From an uncultured Planctomycetia bacterium (GTDB taxonomy: Bacteria; Omnitrophota; Gorgyraeia; JABMRG01), in contig CAZWMG010000002.1 in NCBI GenBank assembly GCA_964634945.1, positions 102,661 to 166,660 of the forward strand: DNA of 64,000 nucleotides. The letters run 5' to 3'. Both the position numbers and the translations under genes were made by a program. Positions 55,286-63,339 of this stretch are shown in pieces. Every line of letters starts with the position of its first letter. Position 1 is the first letter of the stretch. The notes beneath the pieces are model-generated. The model worked only from the letters and a program-made list of their open reading frames with translations, did not search any database and was not told the origin of the DNA.

Positions 55286-56572
55286 ATGACTGCTATAAAG
55301 ACTAAGACAAAGCCAAAGAAGACAACAAAGAATAGAAAACTCCTTATGGCCCTGCTGCTTCTCCTGCTGATCCTGCTTCTGGGAGTAGGAGCAACATTAC
55401 TTCTTAAATTTTCCAGCAAGCCAGGCACATATATACATAAGAACACGAAAGGTGACTATGTATTACTTGCTAATGGCAGGCCTTTAATAGTTAAGGGTGT
55501 ATGTTATAGCCCGATACCGGTGGGAGAGGGTTCTGTATATAACTGGTGGGGAGACAAGGCAAGGCCCTGGATGATTGATGGAAAGCTTATGAAAGACGCG
55601 GGGATAAATACAGTTAGATTTTATGAGCCCGGTGACAAGCCATCACAGGTGAAGAAGGTAATATCGGATTTTTATGATAATTATGGTATATACTCGATCA
55701 TGGGCCATGGTTTGGGTTTTTGGGATTTTCCACATGCGAATTACGCGGATCCTGCCTTTCAGCAACAGATCAAAAGGCAGGTATACCAAATGGTAAAGGC
55801 ATACAGAGACGAGCCCGGAGTATTGGCATGGGTCTTAGGTAATGAAGCGAACTATTCTTTTGATGGAAGCGTAAATCCATGGTCTACCTCAGAGCTTGAC
55901 TCTATTAATAACCCGCGCGATAGAAAATTGGCTAAGGCCAAGATATATTACACATTCTTAAATGAGCTTGCCCAGATAGTTAAAAAGATAGATCCGTCCC
56001 GGCCAGTAGGCTTTGGAAACGGCGAGCTTGGCAGTATAGAGGTCGCAAAAGAGTATTGCCCTGATTTTGATTTTGTAGGTATCATAATCTACAGAGGCAA
56101 GTCTTTCGGCAATATGTTCCGCCAGCTTAAAGATAGATATGGGAAACCATCCATCATTATTGAGTTTGGCTGTGACTCTTACAACGCGTTAAAGCAAGAA
56201 CCGGATGAAGAGAACCAAGCATTCTTTTTAAAGACGCTATGGAATGAAGTAGAGTATAATTCATATACGGGTAAGGGTGAAGGAAACTGTTTAGGCGGCT
56301 GCATATTCGAGTGGAATGATGAGTGGTGGAAGCATGGACAGGATGATATCGGTGAATGGAACCTACAAAATACCCAGGCAGGATGGACTAATGGGTCATA
56401 TTATTTTGATACTGAGGGCAATCCTAATATGAATGAGGAATGGTTTGGGATTGTAACTTTAAAGGCTGAAAAAGAGAATGGCGTTAACAAGAGGGTTCCT
56501 AAAAAGGCTTATTACGATTTGAAGGAGCTTTGGGAGCAAGAGGATAAGGTTACTGCCTGCGACTGGAGATAG
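55286..56572 (+). CDS. Membrane-anchored clan GH-A (TIM-barrel) glycosidase/transglycosylase. Its motif pattern most resembles GH72 beta-1,3-glucanosyltransferases (GH2/GH5-like not excluded).
   Basis: N-terminal anchor LLMALLLLLLILLLGVGATLLL. NGRPLIVKGVCYSP (GH72 FYIRGVAYQ), NTVRFYEP (NVIRVY), acid/base VLAWVLGNEANY, nucleophile block IIIEFGCDSY (GH72 FFSEYGCN), GGCIFEWNDEWWKHG (GH72 SGGIVYMYFEEENKYG). Confidence 0.6.
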   Translation: MTAIKTKTKPKKTTKNRKLLMALLLLLLILLLGVGATLLLKFSSKPGTYIHKNTKGDYVLLANGRPLIVKGVCYSPIPVGEGSVYNWWGDKARPWMIDGKLMKDAGINTVRFYEPGDKPSQVKKVISDFYDNYGIYSIMGHGLGFWDFPHANYADPAFQQQIKRQVYQMVKAYRDEPGVLAWVLGNEANYSFDGSVNPWSTSELDSINNPRDRKLAKAKIYYTFLNELAQIVKKIDPSRPVGFGNGELGSIEVAKEYCPDFDFVGIIIYRGKSFGNMFRQLKDRYGKPSIIIEFGCDSYNALKQEPDEENQAFFLKTLWNEVEYNSYTGKGEGNCLGGCIFEWNDEWWKHGQDDIGEWNLQNTQAGWTNGSYYFDTEGNPNMNEEWFGIVTLKAEKENGVNKRVPKKAYYDLKELWEQEDKVTACDWR

Positions 56573-56701
56573 GTTCGTATAACGTTGTGCGTGATGCGTA
56601 TTGCGCAATGCTAAAACCGCAATACCTGCCTACCGGCAGGCAGGCGCGATACGAGATACTCAATACGAATATTATATAATAATACTTAATAAGGAGCAAT
56701 A

Positions 56702-58012
56702 ATGCAAAAGTTTCTGTCAATAGCGTTGTTTTTAGTTATGGTAAGCGTTACTGGTTGCGCACCCGGAAATGGTGCTGACAAAGTTGCATCGGATAAGATA
56801 ACCGTCTGGCATTGGATGACGGATAGAGAAGGCACCTTTAACGAGCTCGCGGAAAAATATAAAGCGCTTACAGGAACGGATGTTAAGTTTGAGTTATACG
56901 CGCCAACAGACGCTTACAGCGAGAAGATAAAAGGCGCGGCACAGACACAAACCCTGCCTGATGTTTTTGGCATACTAGCCGATAAGAGAGTTATATCATC
57001 GTTTATAAAGGCAGGCCATGTTCTTAATCTCGATACTTATATGGATGCGGATAATGGAAAATGGAAAAAGGTATTTTACGCAAAGGCACTGAATGTTAAC
57101 AGGTTCATGCTGGGTAACGAATTTGGGGTTGCGCCAGGCATCTACGCGGCGCCTTTGGATGTAATGAATATACAGATGCTATACAACAAGGATCTGTTTA
57201 AGAAGGCAGGCCTTGACCCGGAGAACCCACCCAGGAACTGGGCAGAATTTTTAGATGCCGGAAACAAGCTTCACGCTGCCGGCATACAAGGCATGGTAAG
57301 CGGATGGGGAGAGATCTGGATGATAGATTGTCTCGCGTCTAATTACGCGTATAATATAATGGGTGAAAAGAAGTTTATTGACACTATCAAGGGAGAGGTC
57401 TCATATGCTGATCAGGACTGGATAGATGTCTTTACTGTTTTTAAAGATATGAGAGACAATAACCTGCTTGCCAATGGTATCGTTACTATGGTCAACAAGC
57501 ACGCGGAACAGATGTTTGCGAACCAACGCGCCGCGCTGGCATTTAATGGTTCATGGTGCGTAAATGTATATCATGGCATGAATCCGGATCTGAATTATGG
57601 CGCAATGTTGCCACCTGCGTATTCAAATAAATACCCTATGAAGATATGGGGTGGAGCGGGTGCCAGCCTTATGGTTAATGCTAGGACTAAAGATAGAGAC
57701 AAGGTCGTTGAATTCTTAAAATGGTTTACAGCTAAAGGCCAGCAGGCATATTTAGCGAATGAGACACGCAACCTGCCCGCTAATAAAGATAGCCTTGGTG
57801 AGATATCTCCCGTATTAGCGCAGTTTGTTGATGATATGGATAGCGTTACCCATCCGAACAATCTTAATGTTTCAGAGTTTCCTAAGGTTATAGAAGCGCG
57901 AGATAAGGGCATACAGTCTATTGTAATAGGCGAAAAGACCCCCGAAGAAGTCGCTTTAGAGGTGCAGGCTGTTAAGATAAGAGAGATGGGAAAAGCAGGG
58001 GGACTCTCCTAA
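56702..58012 (+). CDS. ABC transporter extracellular solute-binding lipoprotein, carbohydrate family (SBP_bac_1/MalE-like)
   Basis: Lipobox VSVTGC; KITVWHWMTD, NIQMLYNKDLFKKAGLDPENPPRNWAEF, typical sugar-SBP length and motifs. SD AAGGAG. Confidence 0.85.
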   Translation: MQKFLSIALFLVMVSVTGCAPGNGADKVASDKITVWHWMTDREGTFNELAEKYKALTGTDVKFELYAPTDAYSEKIKGAAQTQTLPDVFGILADKRVISSFIKAGHVLNLDTYMDADNGKWKKVFYAKALNVNRFMLGNEFGVAPGIYAAPLDVMNIQMLYNKDLFKKAGLDPENPPRNWAEFLDAGNKLHAAGIQGMVSGWGEIWMIDCLASNYAYNIMGEKKFIDTIKGEVSYADQDWIDVFTVFKDMRDNNLLANGIVTMVNKHAEQMFANQRAALAFNGSWCVNVYHGMNPDLNYGAMLPPAYSNKYPMKIWGGAGASLMVNARTKDRDKVVEFLKWFTAKGQQAYLANETRNLPANKDSLGEISPVLAQFVDDMDSVTHPNNLNVSEFPKVIEARDKGIQSIVIGEKTPEEVALEVQAVKIREMGKAGGLS

Positions 58013-58143
58013 AGGGGACGCCCCTGAGCATGGAAATAGATAAAATTTTGCAAAAATAATAAATTTGTGCAACATGCAATAATATATATATAGTTAAGCA
58101 AAATATAGTTATCAGAAAACTAAAAAAACGATAAAACTCAATC

Positions 58144-58166
58144 TCAGGGGTGTCCCCTTTGCTTTA
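58144..58166 (+). terminator. Small GGGG-TGT-CCCC hairpin followed by TTTGCTTT. Candidate intra-operon attenuator between the SBP and permease genes.
   Basis: caGGGGtgtCCCCtttgcttt. A near-reverse-complement partner AGGGGACGCCCCT sits at 58010-58022, overlapping the SBP stop. Confidence 0.3.
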
Positions 58167-58184
58167 AAAAGTTTTAGGAATAAG

Positions 58185-59078
58185 ATGGAACATAGAAAAG
58201 CAAAAAAGATATTTACGAATTATCTCTTTGTCCTACCTGCGGTGCTATTGTTCTGCACCTTTCATCTATACCCTTTTGTGAATGTTTTTCGTTATTCACT
58301 GTTTCAATGGGATGGTATAGTACCATTTTCATCCGCGCAATTTGTAGGCCTCGCGCATTTTAAAGATATATTTACTGCTAATCCACAGTGGTGGTATTCC
58401 ATGTGGCATGCTTTTTATATTACCCTTCTTACATTGATATTTCAGAATGGGCTTGCCCTGCTTTTAGCACTTGCATGTGATAGGGCCATAAGAGGCGCTA
58501 AGGCTTACAGGATGATATTCTTCCTGCCGCCTGTGCTTTCCGGTATCGTGGTAGGACTTATCTGGCAATGGATATATGATGGTAATTATGGGCTTTTAAA
58601 TTACTGGTTGACGAGCATAGGCCTGGGCCATTTAGCGCGTGCCTGGCTTGCGGATCCTAATACCGCACTTACATGCGTTGGCATAGTGCATATGTGGAAG
58701 GGTTTTGGATGGGGCTTTATAATACTCTTGGCCGGCCTTCAATCTATACCCCGTGAATTATATGAGGCGGCAAAGGTAGATGGCGCTGGGGCATGGGATA
58801 CATTCAGGCGCGTTACAGTGCCACTTATGGTGCCTGTCTTTGTTCTTGTAACGATCCTTACAATACTTAATACAATGCAGATATATGATCTGATAGTCTC
58901 TCTTACAGGTGGAGGCCCGGGTTATCATACAGAGGTTCCGATAACAAGGATATTGGCGGCGATGAGGGGTGGCTCGCGTCTTGGTTACGCTTGCGCTCTC
59001 GGCATTGTCTTTGGACTTATGTTACTTGTTGTATCATTTATACAGATACAGGCTTCAAAATTGGCAAAACAGGAGTAA
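58185..59078 (+). CDS. ABC sugar transporter permease (MalF/UgpA-like)
   Basis: Six TM stretches. EAA-loop LQSIPRELYEAAKVDGAGAWDTFRRVTVPLM. Confidence 0.85.
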   Translation: MEHRKAKKIFTNYLFVLPAVLLFCTFHLYPFVNVFRYSLFQWDGIVPFSSAQFVGLAHFKDIFTANPQWWYSMWHAFYITLLTLIFQNGLALLLALACDRAIRGAKAYRMIFFLPPVLSGIVVGLIWQWIYDGNYGLLNYWLTSIGLGHLARAWLADPNTALTCVGIVHMWKGFGWGFIILLAGLQSIPRELYEAAKVDGAGAWDTFRRVTVPLMVPVFVLVTILTILNTMQIYDLIVSLTGGGPGYHTEVPITRILAAMRGGSRLGYACALGIVFGLMLLVVSFIQIQASKLAKQE

Positions 59079-59079
59079 A

Positions 59080-59143
59080 CGTTATAGCGTTATGGGGTTA
59101 TGGTGCTATTGCGTTATAGCGTTATGGGGTTATGGTGTTATTG
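59080..59143. repeat. Two tandem copies of a 32-nt unit (CGTTATAGCGTTATGGGGTTATGGTG(C/T)TATTG) in the permease-permease intergenic space. It belongs to the same family as 137..168 but is in inverted orientation.
   Basis: Direct reading. The reverse complement of 135..170 is cgttatagcgttatggcgttatggcgttatggcg, which matches the first ~26 nt of each unit. Confidence 0.8.
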
Positions 59144-59168
59144 CGTTTAGAGCTATAAAAGGAAAGAG

Positions 59169-60053
59169 ATGCAGAAACCTATATATTACAAAGTAAAACA
59201 ATTCATACTAACGTATTCTACCCATATACTGCTTATTATCGTATCTCTTAGCTGCATACTCCCTCTCTTATGGATGTTCTCATCAAGCTTAAAGACCCAG
59301 GCAACGGTCTTTTCTGATATGAGCCTTTTTCCACAGAATCCGCATTGGGGGAACTTTTATATCGCCTGGACAAAAGGCGGGTTTGGCAGATATTTTTTCA
59401 ATAGCCTGCTTTATACTATCGTAGTTGTGCTAGGTATCGTATTTGTTACATCTCTAGCCGCGTATGGTATTTCACGGCTTAAGATACCCGGTAAGAATAT
59501 TATATTTTATGTTTTTTTAGCTGCCATGATGATACCGATACCCGGCGCGTTTGTGGCATTGTATGTGCTTTTAAATAAGCTGGGATTCTTGAACCCCCAA
59601 ACAGGTTTTCCATTACTGGATAACGCTATAATGAGGCTTGGCTATATCCTACCTTTGATAAACAGCGGGCTCTCTCTCGGTATATATATGCTTAAGACGT
59701 TTTTTGATAAGATGCCCGGTGACCTGGAAGATTCCGCGAGGATAGACGGCTGCTCGGTATTTGGCATATATTGGCACATAGCCTTACCTATGGCAAAGCC
59801 CGCGATAGCGGTTATTGTAATCTTTAATACATTGAATGTGTGGAACGAATACTTGCTCGCCATGCTTGTGTTGACAGGCAAGAACCTTATGCCTTTAACC
59901 AGGGCACTTATGGTCTTTCGCGGTACACATATTACTGAATACCCGCTTCTTATGTCAGGCATGACAATTACGGTAATACCGATAATAATTGTGTATATAT
60001 TATTACAAAAACATATCATAGCGGGCATAACAGCAGGAGCGGTAAAGGGATGA
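59169..60053 (+). CDS. ABC sugar transporter permease (MalG/UgpE-like)
   Basis: EAA-loop LEDSARIDGCSVFGIYWHIALPMAKPA. Six hydrophobic stretches. Overlaps the next gene by 4 nt (ATGA). Confidence 0.85.
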   Translation: MQKPIYYKVKQFILTYSTHILLIIVSLSCILPLLWMFSSSLKTQATVFSDMSLFPQNPHWGNFYIAWTKGGFGRYFFNSLLYTIVVVLGIVFVTSLAAYGISRLKIPGKNIIFYVFLAAMMIPIPGAFVALYVLLNKLGFLNPQTGFPLLDNAIMRLGYILPLINSGLSLGIYMLKTFFDKMPGDLEDSARIDGCSVFGIYWHIALPMAKPAIAVIVIFNTLNVWNEYLLAMLVLTGKNLMPLTRALMVFRGTHITEYPLLMSGMTITVIPIIIVYILLQKHIIAGITAGAVKG

Positions 60054-60673
60054 AAGTTCGGTTATCGGTTGTAGGTTTTGGGTTATCGTTAATACTTTTT
60101 GCAACAATACTAGTTGCGGTTTATGCTTTTGCGCTTGAATTGCCGGAAGGAGTAAAGGATTATTATAAAGACGGCGTGGCTAGCGCTCCCGGGAGATCAG
60201 AAGGAGTGCCTCCTACAGTCAAGAAGGCTGATGTAAAAGAAGGCGTTGATATGGGCAGGAGGGAGACCAAGGAGTATGATTTTAGCGATGAATCCGCGGG
60301 AGCCCTTATGGCAAAGGCATGGGAAGCGCTTAATAAAAAAGATGAGCAGGCCCTAACCGCTTATACGTCAAGGTGCATAGAACTTTACGAAGAAGATGCG
60401 AAAGATCAAGAGGCAAAACTTGATGCCTTCGCGCCATCAGGCTCTGAAGCGGATTACGACGCCTTAAATAATGTCGCTGTCTCTTATTTTATTCGAGGTG
60501 AATTTTACAAGTACAAGAAGGATTGGAAAGAATCCAGTAAGAATTATAAGAAGGTTGTAGATAATTTTTATTTTGCGCAATACTGGGATCCACGCGGATG
60601 GTGGTGGAAGCCGGCGGAGATATCAGAAGGCGAGATAAAAAAGATTGATGAAGGTTATTATGAGAAAGATTAA
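60050..60673 (+). CDS. Membrane-anchored hypothetical protein (207 aa), translationally coupled within the transporter operon
   Basis: N-terminal TM (VVGFGLSLILFATILVAVYAFAL). Start overlaps the upstream stop. The next gene starts 2 nt after its stop. Confidence 0.6.
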   Translation: MKVRLSVVGFGLSLILFATILVAVYAFALELPEGVKDYYKDGVASAPGRSEGVPPTVKKADVKEGVDMGRRETKEYDFSDESAGALMAKAWEALNKKDEQALTAYTSRCIELYEEDAKDQEAKLDAFAPSGSEADYDALNNVAVSYFIRGEFYKYKKDWKESSKNYKKVVDNFYFAQYWDPRGWWWKPAEISEGEIKKIDEGYYEKD

Positions 60674-60675
60674 GT

Positions 60676-62571
60676 ATGCGTTCTAAGCTCTACATCCTGT
60701 GTTCTATATTAGTATTTTCTTTCATAGTCTTGTTGGCTGGTTGCGGGTCATCTAATAGCTTTGAGGAGGCACCTAGTTTTAAACTCGCGGAAAGAGGAAG
60801 CGAAGGCATAATAGATTACAAAAAATATGGCGTCTTTGAGGGCGTTGGTACACAAGATTACCGTTATATTATAGATGACCAGGCAGGCCTGTCAAAGGCT
60901 GTTGGTGAGGGCATATATCCAAATTCATCAAGCGTACTTAAGGACCCGGGGTATGAGGAATTTAAGAGTTCAGGCAGGCTCAAGGGCAAGCATTGGGATT
61001 TTATAAATAAACCTGAATATCAGGCAAATTTTTATAAGTGGGCAACGGCGCCTGAGGATAGAGGAGTGAAATTATTTTATACTGCTTTTGCCCTTGAAAA
61101 ATCAGGCCATATAAAGCAGGCTATCAAGGCGTATTACGCGCTTTGCGTAAATTTTCCAAAGACTATAGGGTGGACATATTGGCATACACCCTGGTATGTT
61201 GGCCAGGTGTCGATTGACAAGATAAGATTTTTATGTAAAAAATATCCTCAGCTAGGGTGGAGACTTGAGGGTGGATATATACTTGTAAAGAATGGCTATG
61301 ATGACAATGTAAGAAACGATGTATTCATAGTTGATCCGGGGCGGATTGTAAAGGCGAAACCGGAACAGCTTCAAGAGAAGAGAAGAGATATAGCCAACCA
61401 AGAGATTATTAAATCAACAGGGGATGATCATATCAAGCTTGTACAGTATGAGGATAGGTCATGGCAGCTTTATGTTGACGGCAAGCCTTACATCATTAAA
61501 GGGATTGCTTATGAGCCCAGCAAGATAGGCCAGAGTCCTGATCAGGGAAATCTTGAGGATTGGATGCAGCAGGATAATAACCATAACTCTAAGATAGATG
61601 CGCCATATGACACATGGGTCGATAAGAATAAGAATGATATTAAGGATGCTGATGAGCAGGTGGTAGGTGATTTTAATCTTTTATGGAATATGGGTTGTAA
61701 TACCATAAGGGTGTATCATCATGCTTCAAATATGCCGTTGTTAAGAGACCTTTATGAAAATTATGGGATTATGTCACTGATGGGTGATTTTATAGGGGCA
61801 TATGCTATAGGCTCAGGCGCTACATGGTATAAAGGTACGGATTATTCGGACCCGGTTCAGCAGCAGAATATGTTGGATAGCATAAAAGAGATGGTAGATA
61901 CGTATAAGGATGAACCGTATGTACTTATGTGGGTCCTAGGAAATGAGAACAACTACGGTGTGGCTAATAACGCTAAGAAGGACCCTGTATCATACTATAA
62001 GTTTGTAAATAAGGCAGCAGAGTTTATAAAATCGATAGATCCCCATAACAGGCCGGTCGCTATATGCAACGGAGAGATAATATTCCTTGATATATTTGCC
62101 AAAGAATGCCCCGCTGTAGATGTATTTGGTTTGAATTCGTATCGTGGAGATTATGGTTTTGGCCATTTATGGCTTACTGTAAAGGAAGAGGCGGATATCC
62201 CGGTTATTATAACAGAATATGGTTGCCCGGCACATAATATGTATACAGATGAGGCAACAGCCGAATTGCAGCAGGCAGAATATTTAAAAAATTGCTGGAT
62301 TGATATTATATCTAATTCAGATGGCTATGGGCAGGGGAATAGTTTGGGCGGAGTATTATTTGAATGGGTAGATGAGTGGTGGAAGGCGTATGAGCCTGGG
62401 CTGCATGATACAAAGCCTTTATGGGCAGGATCATTTCCCGATGGATGGATGCATGAGGAATGGCTCGGAGTAGCATCACAAGGCAGCGGTAAGAATAGTC
62501 CGTATCAACGGGTCTTAAGAAAAGCATATTACGAATACAGGGATATGTGGAAAACTAGGGAAAGCGACTAG
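60676..62571 (+). CDS. Lipoprotein clan GH-A glycosidase/transglycosylase, GH72-like (paralog of 55286..56572), with an extra ~230-aa N-terminal region
   Basis: Lipobox VLLAGCGSS. DGKPYIIKGIAYEP (GH72 NGSQFYIRGVAYQ), NTIRVYHH, VLMWVLGNENNYG, VIITEYGCPAHN, GGVLFEWVDEWWKAY. Confidence 0.6.
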   Translation: MRSKLYILCSILVFSFIVLLAGCGSSNSFEEAPSFKLAERGSEGIIDYKKYGVFEGVGTQDYRYIIDDQAGLSKAVGEGIYPNSSSVLKDPGYEEFKSSGRLKGKHWDFINKPEYQANFYKWATAPEDRGVKLFYTAFALEKSGHIKQAIKAYYALCVNFPKTIGWTYWHTPWYVGQVSIDKIRFLCKKYPQLGWRLEGGYILVKNGYDDNVRNDVFIVDPGRIVKAKPEQLQEKRRDIANQEIIKSTGDDHIKLVQYEDRSWQLYVDGKPYIIKGIAYEPSKIGQSPDQGNLEDWMQQDNNHNSKIDAPYDTWVDKNKNDIKDADEQVVGDFNLLWNMGCNTIRVYHHASNMPLLRDLYENYGIMSLMGDFIGAYAIGSGATWYKGTDYSDPVQQQNMLDSIKEMVDTYKDEPYVLMWVLGNENNYGVANNAKKDPVSYYKFVNKAAEFIKSIDPHNRPVAICNGEIIFLDIFAKECPAVDVFGLNSYRGDYGFGHLWLTVKEEADIPVIITEYGCPAHNMYTDEATAELQQAEYLKNCWIDIISNSDGYGQGNSLGGVLFEWVDEWWKAYEPGLHDTKPLWAGSFPDGWMHEEWLGVASQGSGKNSPYQRVLRKAYYEYRDMWKTRESD

Positions 62572-62606
62572 TCTTCATAAACACAATACAAACAAAGGAG
62601 GAGCAC

Positions 62607-63209
62607 ATGGGCAAAAAAAGATTTTTAGGTTTGATAGTATTTGCGGCTCTGGTTTTTAGCACGATGGCGCTTCAGGCGCAGAGTGTGGAGTTCTTTGAGC
62701 CATTCAATGTCTATACAGACAAAAACGCGCGCGGCAATCACTATTCTCCGTCGGGATGGATGGGTGATTACAGTGACATCGCTTTTACGGACGCGTGGAA
62801 AGAAAACCCGCATTCAGGTATGAGTTGTATTAAGGTTAATTATAAGCCTAAGGCTTCACAGGGCGCAAGGTGGACAGGCATGTATTGGCAGAACCCACCT
62901 AATAACTGGGGAGAGAAGAAGGGCGGATATGATCTAACAGGCGCTAAAAAACTCACATTCTGGGCACGTGGAGAAAAAGGCGGTGAACGCATAGAAGAGG
63001 TCAAGATAGGCGGCTTATCAGGCACATACCCTGATTCAGATATCGCGGCAGCAGGCCCTATTATCTTGACAAAAGATTGGCAGGAGTATAGTATAAATCT
63101 AGATGGTAAAGACCTAAGCTATATAAGCGGTGGCTTTGTATGGGCTACTAATCTTGATGTTAATCCAAGTGGGTGTACTTTTTATATTGATGATATAAGA
63201 TACGAATAA
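62607..63209 (+). CDS. Secreted CBM-like beta-sandwich protein (paralog B of 54565..55209)
   Basis: Signal peptide MGKKRFLGLIVFAALVFSTMALQAQS. Shares the blocks listed for paralog A. SD GGAGGAG. Confidence 0.7.
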   Translation: MGKKRFLGLIVFAALVFSTMALQAQSVEFFEPFNVYTDKNARGNHYSPSGWMGDYSDIAFTDAWKENPHSGMSCIKVNYKPKASQGARWTGMYWQNPPNNWGEKKGGYDLTGAKKLTFWARGEKGGERIEEVKIGGLSGTYPDSDIAAAGPIILTKDWQEYSINLDGKDLSYISGGFVWATNLDVNPSGCTFYIDDIRYE

Positions 63210-63339
63210 AACACACCTGCGTGAATAATGAAGAAAAAGGGGCAGTTTGCTTTTATACAGTCTTTTTATAGAAGTAGCCTGCTCCTTTTTTAACTAGAAA
63301 TAGCGGTTTAAGGTACGGTTTTTGTAATACAATAAATCT

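Noticed and set aside
58969-59196. 75-aa + strand ORF overlapping the end of permease 1 and the 32-nt repeats
   Set aside because: Its translation is dominated by the tandem repeat (YGVIA.. twice). It overlaps two well-supported genes out of frame.
63236-63292. Rho-independent terminator after 62607..63209
   Set aside because: A T6 tract is present (63285-63290) but the only complementary arms (GGGGCAG / CTGCTCC) are imperfect and separated by a ~34-nt loop. Too weak to call.
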